Shown here: in pieces, positions 14,497-20,180 of the stretch
Position numbering within the stretch: position 1 is the stretch's first letter
Layout: each line of letters opens with the position of its first letter
Assembly (NCBI GenBank): GCA_945787495.1
Contig: CALZIL010000068.1
Location: 1-20,180 of the forward strand
Length of the DNA stretch: 20,180 bases
Reading direction: 5' to 3'
Source of the DNA: an uncultured Afifella sp.
Lineage (GTDB): Bacteria; Pseudomonadota; Alphaproteobacteria; Rhizobiales; Afifellaceae
Program-made: the position numbers and the translations under genes
Notes under the pieces: model-generated
Database searches by the model: none
What the model was told of the DNA's origin: nothing
The model's input: only the letters and a program-made list of their open reading frames with translations

Positions 14497-16995
14497 TTGG
14501 TTTCGGACCTCAGCCGAAGGCAGGTGCGAGCGCGGCAGATCTATGCCGTCGCTTTTTTCTGTATCGGCGCTGTCGTCTGCATCGGGTTTGTTTTTCCTGA
14601 CACGGCCCTGGCCGTTCAGTTGCCGGCCATGGCGCTCGGCACCCCCGGTTTCACCCTTCAGGATGCGCTTTGGTATGCCATAACCGGCGGCTGCGCGGTC
14701 GCCGCGGTTTTTGCCTTTGTCATGCTGATACGCGCCAGCGAGGATGACAGGCTTCAATCGGCCGAAACGCAGGTGGCCGAATTGCGCAAGGCGCTTGACC
14801 GGGCCGAGGCGTTGCTTGCCAGCGACGACCAGAAGACGATCGTCTGGGACACGCCTGATTCCAGCCCGCAGGTTCTTGGCGCATTGCCGGAGCGGGTCGG
14901 TGTGCCGTTCGACCGCAACGAATTCCTCGCCATAGGCCGCTGGCTGCAGCCCGACAGTGTGGCGCAACTGGAAACCGCCGTTCAGCGGATTCGCCGTTTT
15001 GGCGAGAGCTTTCAGTTCGCCGCCAATTCCCTGAACGGCTCCGTTCTGGAGGTCACCGGGCGTACCAATGGCAAACGGGCCGTCGTCCGGTTCCGTGAAT
15101 TGACCGGCGAGCGCCGGTCGTTTGCCGAACTGAAGGACCAGGCCCGCTTCATCCTCGGCGAAATGACCGCCCACCAGGCGCTGGCGGAGACGCTGCCGTT
15201 TCCGTTATGGCGTCGCAACAAACTGGGCCGGCTGACCTGGGTCAACCAGGCCTATGTCGATGCGGTCGAAGCAGAGAGCCAGGAGGCGGTTCTCAAAAGC
15301 GGCGTTGAGCTTCTTGGGCCGAAGGTCCGCGATGCCATCCGCCATAGCCATAGCGAGGAAAAGAATTTCCATGACAGCGCGCCGGCCGTTCTTGCTGGCG
15401 AACGCCGCCGCCTGCGTATTTTCGATATTCTGATTGAAGATGGATCGATCGGCACGGCCATCGACGTTTCCGAGGTCGACGCGATTCGCGAGGAATGGAA
15501 CCGCAGCGTTGAGTCCAATGCCCGCACGCTGGATCAGCTGACCGCTGCCGTGGCGGTTTTCGACAAGGACCAGCGGCTACAATTCTACAACGACGCCTAT
15601 CGCTCGATGTGGGATATTTCCCGGCACTTGCTCGCCAACATGCCGGAGGAATCGACGATTCTGGACCAGCTTCGCGCCGACCGGAAGCTGCCCGAACAGG
15701 CCAATTACCGCGAATGGCGAAGCAACCATCTTGCCGCCTATCAGACCCTGGAGGTGCGCGAGGAATGGTGGCACCTGGCCGATGGCCGCACGCTGCGGTT
15801 TGTTGCCACGCCCAACGCCGAAGGCGGCCTGACCTATATCTACGAGAATGTCACCGAGCAGCTTTCGCTTGAGAGCCAGGTCAACTCGCTGTCGCATTTG
15901 CAAGGTGAGACCCTCGATCACCTCAGCGAGGGCGTCGCCGTGTTCGGCTCTGACGGCAAACTGCAGCTTTTCAATCCGGTCTTCGCCGAAATCTGGCGCC
16001 TGTCACCATCGCTGCTGTCGGACGGTCCGCATGTCGCGGAGGTCATCGAACACTGCTCGGCCCTGCACAGCGATGCCGAGACCTGGGAGAGCATCCGCAT
16101 CGCGTCAACCGACATCGAACACAGCGAAACCCTGTCGGGGCGCATGGAGCGGCCGGACGAAAGCGTCATCGACTTTGCCACCGTGGCCCTGCCGGAAGGC
16201 ATGACCATGATCACCTTCGTCGATGTCAGCGACTCTGCCCGCATGCAGCGCGCTCTGAGCGAGCGCAACGAGGCTTTGGAAGCAGCTGACCGGCTCAAGA
16301 CCGATTTCATTCAGCATGTGTCCTACGAATTGCGTTCGCCGCTGACCTCGATCATCGGCTTTGCCGAGATGGTGGCGGACGAGACCATCGGTCCGCTCAA
16401 TGGCCAGCAGAGCGAATATATGGACCACATTTCGTCCTCCTCTTCCGCATTGCTGGCCATCATCAACGACATTCTGGACCTTGCCACGGTCGATGCCGGT
16501 ATCATGGAACTGGAGATTACCGAAGTCGATGTGCACGGCGTCGCACTGTCGGCGGTGGAAGGTCTGCGCGACCGGCTGGAAGAGCAGAAGATCAATTTTT
16601 CGGCCAATATCCCCTCCGACGCCGGGAAATTCCGCGCCGATGAAAACAGGGTGCGCCAGATCCTCTTCAATGTGGTCGCCAATGCCGTCCGGTTCTCCAA
16701 TGCCAATGGCCAGATCGAACTCTCGGCCACCAAGGAAAACAACTGGGTGGTCTATACGGTCAAGGATGACGGCGTCGGCATTCCCGGCGATATGCTGCCG
16801 GCAGTGTTCGAACCTTTCGAGGGACGCGGCGGCGGCGGCCGGCGCCGTGGCGCCGGGCTGGGCCTGTCGATCGTCAAGAGCCTCGTCGAACTGCATGGCG
16901 GTTCGGTCGACATGGAATCCACAGAAGGCGTCGGCACACAGGTTACGATCCGCTTGCCTGAAATTCCCCATGCCGCCGCCGTTGCGGCGGAATAG
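14497..16995 (+). CDS. Membrane-anchored PAS-domain sensor histidine kinase (two N-terminal TM helices, cytoplasmic PAS-like repeats, HisKA + HATPase_c; no receiver domain)
   Basis: TM segments IYAVAFFCIGAVVCIGFVF and WYAITGGCAVAAVFAFVMLI. H-box DFIQHVSYELRSPLTSIIGFAEM. N-box ILFNVVANAVRFS. G-boxes VKDDGVGIP and GAGLGLSIVKSLVELHGG. Start is TTG at 14497, with GGAG 6 nt upstream and no in-frame ATG/GTG before it after the upstream stop. Confidence 0.85.
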   Translation: MVSDLSRRQVRARQIYAVAFFCIGAVVCIGFVFPDTALAVQLPAMALGTPGFTLQDALWYAITGGCAVAAVFAFVMLIRASEDDRLQSAETQVAELRKALDRAEALLASDDQKTIVWDTPDSSPQVLGALPERVGVPFDRNEFLAIGRWLQPDSVAQLETAVQRIRRFGESFQFAANSLNGSVLEVTGRTNGKRAVVRFRELTGERRSFAELKDQARFILGEMTAHQALAETLPFPLWRRNKLGRLTWVNQAYVDAVEAESQEAVLKSGVELLGPKVRDAIRHSHSEEKNFHDSAPAVLAGERRRLRIFDILIEDGSIGTAIDVSEVDAIREEWNRSVESNARTLDQLTAAVAVFDKDQRLQFYNDAYRSMWDISRHLLANMPEESTILDQLRADRKLPEQANYREWRSNHLAAYQTLEVREEWWHLADGRTLRFVATPNAEGGLTYIYENVTEQLSLESQVNSLSHLQGETLDHLSEGVAVFGSDGKLQLFNPVFAEIWRLSPSLLSDGPHVAEVIEHCSALHSDAETWESIRIASTDIEHSETLSGRMERPDESVIDFATVALPEGMTMITFVDVSDSARMQRALSERNEALEAADRLKTDFIQHVSYELRSPLTSIIGFAEMVADETIGPLNGQQSEYMDHISSSSSALLAIINDILDLATVDAGIMELEITEVDVHGVALSAVEGLRDRLEEQKINFSANIPSDAGKFRADENRVRQILFNVVANAVRFSNANGQIELSATKENNWVVYTVKDDGVGIPGDMLPAVFEPFEGRGGGGRRRGAGLGLSIVKSLVELHGGSVDMESTEGVGTQVTIRLPEIPHAAAVAAE

Positions 16996-17025
16996 ACGCT
17001 CTTCCCAATCTGATCGAGGCCGCGT

Positions 17026-18540
17026 GTGACTGAGGCCGGCCCGGACACATTGATGGTTTTGTTGCCCGACGAGGCCGCCACCGCACGGCTTGCCGAAGAC
17101 ATAGCGACGGCCTTGCTCCCCGGCGACATCCTTGCCCTCACCGGTGATCTGGGGGCTGGCAAATCGGTACTGGCCCGCGCCGCCATAAGGGCGCTGGCAG
17201 GCCAGCCCGATCTGACCGTTCCCAGTCCGACCTTTGCGCTTCGTATCGATTATCCACTTGACCGGTTTGCTGTCACGCATGTTGATCTTTATCGCCTGAC
17301 CGGGGATCGGGAGATCGACGAACTGGGCCTCGAAGAAGCCCTTGAAACCGGCGCCATCATCATTGAATGGCCCGATCGGCTGCGCCGCGCCCTGTCTGCC
17401 GAACGGCTTGAGGTTGTCCTTGAAGAGGAAAATGGTGGCCGCGTCGCGATGCTGACGCCGCAGGGAACCTGGCCGGACCGGCTTGCCCGCAGCCGCTTGA
17501 TCAGGACGTTTCTTGACGGCGCGGATTGGCAAAGCGCCTGCCGCGCGCCGATCATCGGCGATGCCTCGGCCAAGGCCTTTGAGCGAGTTACCCGGGAGGA
17601 TCACACTGCGATCCTCATGAACGCGCCCGCAAAACCTGAAAACGCGCCGCTTGATGACGGCCGCAGCTACGACGCCGTTGCCCACCGTGCCGGCAATGTT
17701 GAGCCGTTCATCGCCATTGACGGTGAACTGCGGCGGCGCGGCATTCATGCGCCTGAAATCCTAGCCGCTGATAGTGGTGCCGGCCTCGTCTTGCTTGAGG
17801 ATCTTGGCAGCGAGGGCATCGTTGACGCCGGCGGCCGGGCAATCCTGCCGCGCTATGAGGCCGCCATCGATCTGCTTCTGGCGATCCACGGCCAGGACTG
17901 GCCGCCGGTGGCACACGCCACGGGTGGCGTTCGCCATTCGATTCCGGCCTATGACCATGACGCGCTTTTGATCGAGATTTCCCTGTTCGCCGATTGGTTT
18001 GTCGGCCAAGCCGGTCGGCCGGCATGGTCGGTCGCCGACCGTGAAAGATTTCTGGCGGCCTGGAAAATCGTTCTGGAAGACCTTGATGCCGGCCCAAAAC
18101 CCGGCCCTGAAACCTGGGTGCTGCGCGACTTTCATTCGCCCAACATCCTCTGGGTCGCCGGCGAGGCCGGACTTGACCGCGTCGGCGTGATTGATTTTCA
18201 GGACACTCTGCGCGGCCATGCCGCCTATGACGTCGCCTCACTGGCGCAGGATGCAAGGGTCGACCTGACGCCCGATCAGGAGACCGCCTTGAAAGCGCGC
18301 TATATGGCCGGCCGCGCGGCCGCCGACCCGGCTTTCGACGCGGTCGCCTTTGAGGCCGCCTATGCGGTTTTCGGCGCCCAGCGCGCCAGCAAGATCCTAG
18401 GCGCTTTTTCCCGTCTCGCCAGCGTCGGCGGCAAGCCCGGCTATCTGCGCCACATCGACCGCGCAACAGAGGTTCTGAAGCGGAATTTATCGCACCCGGT
18501 TCTGTCGCCTCTGCGGCTCTGGTATGCCCCTTTCCTGTGA
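17026..18540 (+). CDS. tsaE: Fusion protein: N-terminal tRNA t6A biosynthesis ATPase TsaE (YjeE), C-terminal aminoglycoside-phosphotransferase-fold kinase resembling anomeric MurNAc/GlcNAc kinase AmgK
   Basis: Residues ~1-150: P-loop GDLGAGKS, HVDLYRL and IIEWPD are TsaE hallmarks. Residues ~170-504: APH-family catalytic motifs VLRDFHSPNILW (HxDxxxxN-like) and VIDFQD. GTG start at 17026 with GAGG 8 nt upstream. ATG 17053 is an alternative. Confidence 0.75.
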   Translation: MTEAGPDTLMVLLPDEAATARLAEDIATALLPGDILALTGDLGAGKSVLARAAIRALAGQPDLTVPSPTFALRIDYPLDRFAVTHVDLYRLTGDREIDELGLEEALETGAIIIEWPDRLRRALSAERLEVVLEEENGGRVAMLTPQGTWPDRLARSRLIRTFLDGADWQSACRAPIIGDASAKAFERVTREDHTAILMNAPAKPENAPLDDGRSYDAVAHRAGNVEPFIAIDGELRRRGIHAPEILAADSGAGLVLLEDLGSEGIVDAGGRAILPRYEAAIDLLLAIHGQDWPPVAHATGGVRHSIPAYDHDALLIEISLFADWFVGQAGRPAWSVADRERFLAAWKIVLEDLDAGPKPGPETWVLRDFHSPNILWVAGEAGLDRVGVIDFQDTLRGHAAYDVASLAQDARVDLTPDQETALKARYMAGRAAADPAFDAVAFEAAYAVFGAQRASKILGAFSRLASVGGKPGYLRHIDRATEVLKRNLSHPVLSPLRLWYAPFL

Positions 18541-18556
18541 AACCGCGGATCGATGA

Positions 18557-19273
18557 ATGAAACTGAAACGGGCGATGGTTCTGGCCGCCGGCCATGGCAA
18601 GCGGATGCGGCCTCTATCGGCGACGACGCCGAAACCGCTGATCAGCGTTGCCGGCAAGGCCTTGCTCGACCATTGCCTTGACGGCCTTGCCGCGTGCGGC
18701 GTTCAGGCGGCAGTCGTCAATGTCCATTATCTCGCCGATCTGGTCGAAGCGCATCTGCGCCGCCGGCAGGCGCCACATATTGTCATTTCCGACGAGCGCG
18801 CCGGACTTCTGGACACCGGCGGCGGCGTTGCCAATGCTTTGCCGCATCTCGGCAAAGAGCCGTTTTTTCTGCGCAACTCGGATTCGTTTTGGTTGGAAGG
18901 CGTCCGGCCCAACCTGCAATGGCTGGCGGAGGGCTGGGACGATGACCGCATGGACGCCCTGTTGCTGCTCGCCGCAACGGTGGATTCGGCCGGCTATGCG
19001 GGCCGCGGCGACTTCAATCTGGACAAGGACGGGCGACTGTCCCGGCGGGTGGAGCGGACGGTTGCGCCCTTTGTCTATGCCGGCGCGGCGATCCTCCACC
19101 CGCGGCTCTTCACCGGCGCGCCTGACGGTGCCTTCTCGCTCAACGCGCTGTTCGATCGCGCCATTGACGCGCAAAGGCTGTTCGGCGTCCGTCTCGATGG
19201 TCTGTGGATCAATGTTGAATCGCCCGAGGCGATTGCCGCGGCCAATACGGCGATCGCCGAAAGCGCCGCCTGA
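18557..19273 (+). CDS. murU: Nucleotidyltransferase of the sugar-1-phosphate family, MurU-like (N-acetylmuramate alpha-1-phosphate uridylyltransferase)
   Basis: N-terminus AMVLAAGHGKRMRPLSATTPKPL is the NTP_transferase G-x-G-x-R-(x)n-K signature. ~230 aa, the size of MurU. Immediately follows the AmgK-like kinase (16-nt gap), as amgK and murU are arranged in Pseudomonas. Confidence 0.6.
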   Translation: MKLKRAMVLAAGHGKRMRPLSATTPKPLISVAGKALLDHCLDGLAACGVQAAVVNVHYLADLVEAHLRRRQAPHIVISDERAGLLDTGGGVANALPHLGKEPFFLRNSDSFWLEGVRPNLQWLAEGWDDDRMDALLLLAATVDSAGYAGRGDFNLDKDGRLSRRVERTVAPFVYAGAAILHPRLFTGAPDGAFSLNALFDRAIDAQRLFGVRLDGLWINVESPEAIAAANTAIAESAA

Positions 19274-19275
19274 TC

Positions 19276-20180
19276 ATGGCCGGCAGATCAAGCAGCGTCT
19301 TTTCCATTCCCCCTGGCCTGCCGTTTCTCGATACGCTGGTTGCCGCGCTGCTTGAAGGCCGTCTCGGATTTGATGTCGAACTCGCCGTTGATCCCTTCGC
19401 GCTCGCTGATATCACGCTCTATCTGCCGACGCGTCGCTCGGTCAGGGCGGTTCGGACAAGCTTTCTGAACGCCCTCGGCAAGCCTGTCCTGTTGCCGCGG
19501 ATCCGCGCCCTCGGCGAGGTCGATGAAGACGGGTTGGCGCTGGAACAGGCGCTTGTCGGATCGGGCCCGGCCGATCTGCCTCCGGCCGTTGCGGCCGCGT
19601 ACCGGCAGCTGGCGCTGACAAAGCTTGTCCTGCCATGGTCCGCCGCCGCGGTCCGGGCCGACGCTGACCTGCCCGACGAGCCGCTGCTTATCCCGGCCTC
19701 GCCGGCCGACGCCGCCCGCCTTGCCGACAGGCTTGGCCGGCTGATCGACGAGGTTCATACCGCCGGCGTCAGCTGGGACGCTCTTGCCGATCTCGTCGAC
19801 AGGGACCTTGCCCAGTATTGGGAGATCACCCGGCAGTTCCTTGAAATTGCCACCCGCGCCTGGCCGGCGCATCTCGCCGAGCGCGGCCTGACCGATCCCG
19901 CCGCCCGCCGTGATGCCCTCATTCGTGCCGAAGCATCGCGCCTGAGGAGCGCCGGTTCCAAGGGTCCGGTCATCGCCGCCGGTTCGACCGGCTCGGTGCC
20001 GGCAACGGCTGATCTACTGGCTGCCATCGCCGGACTGCCGAACGGCGCGGTCGTCCTGCCCGGTCTCGATCGTGATCTCGACGACGACGCCTGGTCAGCC
20101 GTCGACCGCGACAGCGAGCCGGCCCGGCTCGGCCATCCGCAATATGGCCTGAAACGTCTGCTGGCGCATTTGCAGGCCGG
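19276..20180 (+). CDS. addB: Double-strand break repair protein AddB (alphaproteobacterial type), N-terminal ~300 codons. Continues past the right window edge.
   Basis: Hand translation from ATG 19276 is open to the window end: MAGRSSSVFSIPPGLPFLDTLVAALLEGRLGFDVELAVDPFALADITLYLPTRRSVRAVR...PVIAAGSTGSVPATADLL. It has the degenerate Walker-A-like GSTGS typical of alphaproteobacterial AddB. Starts 2 nt after the murU stop. Not in the ORF track because it runs off the edge. Confidence 0.75.
   Translation, partial: MAGRSSSVFSIPPGLPFLDTLVAALLEGRLGFDVELAVDPFALADITLYLPTRRSVRAVRTSFLNALGKPVLLPRIRALGEVDEDGLALEQALVGSGPADLPPAVAAAYRQLALTKLVLPWSAAAVRADADLPDEPLLIPASPADAARLADRLGRLIDEVHTAGVSWDALADLVDRDLAQYWEITRQFLEIATRAWPAHLAERGLTDPAARRDALIRAEASRLRSAGSKGPVIAAGSTGSVPATADLLAAIAGLPNGAVVLPGLDRDLDDDAWSAVDRDSEPARLGHPQYGLKRLLAHLQA

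Noticed and set aside
1-20180. Search for mobile elements, CRISPR arrays, tRNA/rRNA, or RIME/REP-type intergenic repeats
   Set aside because: I found no IS-like inverted terminal repeats, transposase or integrase-like ORFs, spacer-repeat periodicity, or cloverleaf-capable segments. All intergenic regions are short, and their GC content is homogeneous apart from the two promoter regions noted.

Overview
High-GC (~62%) chromosomal core segment with strong alphaproteobacterial (Rhizobiales-like) character, densely packed with housekeeping genes. The reverse strand at the left carries hemW (N-terminal part), then rdgB, then rph. Divergent from these are hrcA and grpE. Next come a convergent SPFH/flotillin-like membrane protein, a VOC/glyoxalase-fold protein, pyrE and a convergent alkB. 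After that the forward strand carries dnaK, dnaJ, an NAD(P)H-dependent FMN reductase, ahcY, a membrane PAS sensor histidine kinase, a tsaE::amgK-like fusion, a murU-like nucleotidyltransferase and the start of addB. I found no mobile elements, CRISPR, rRNA or tRNA. I see no convincing novel multi-gene system. The most notable observations are: (i) dnaJ is split between two frames in a way explained exactly by a 25-nt deletion between TCCGGC direct repeats; (ii) a small SEC-C (CPCGSG) zinc-ribbon ORF upstream of alkB is broken by an apparent 1-nt frameshift inside the zinc motif; (iii) a perfect 22-bp AT-rich palindrome lies upstream of ahcY and a 12-bp AATATGCATATT palindrome lies in the AT-rich divergent promoter region upstream of the VOC gene; (iv) a candidate alpha-type heat-shock promoter for dnaK carries a 15-bp perfect palindrome in its spacer; (v) tsaE is fused to an AmgK-like kinase with MurU downstream. 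The six-frame track reports ORFs with GTG/TTG starts, so several gene starts were re-derived from SD/ATG context and from what I remember of family N-termini. All family assignments rest on motifs I read in the translations, not on database searches.
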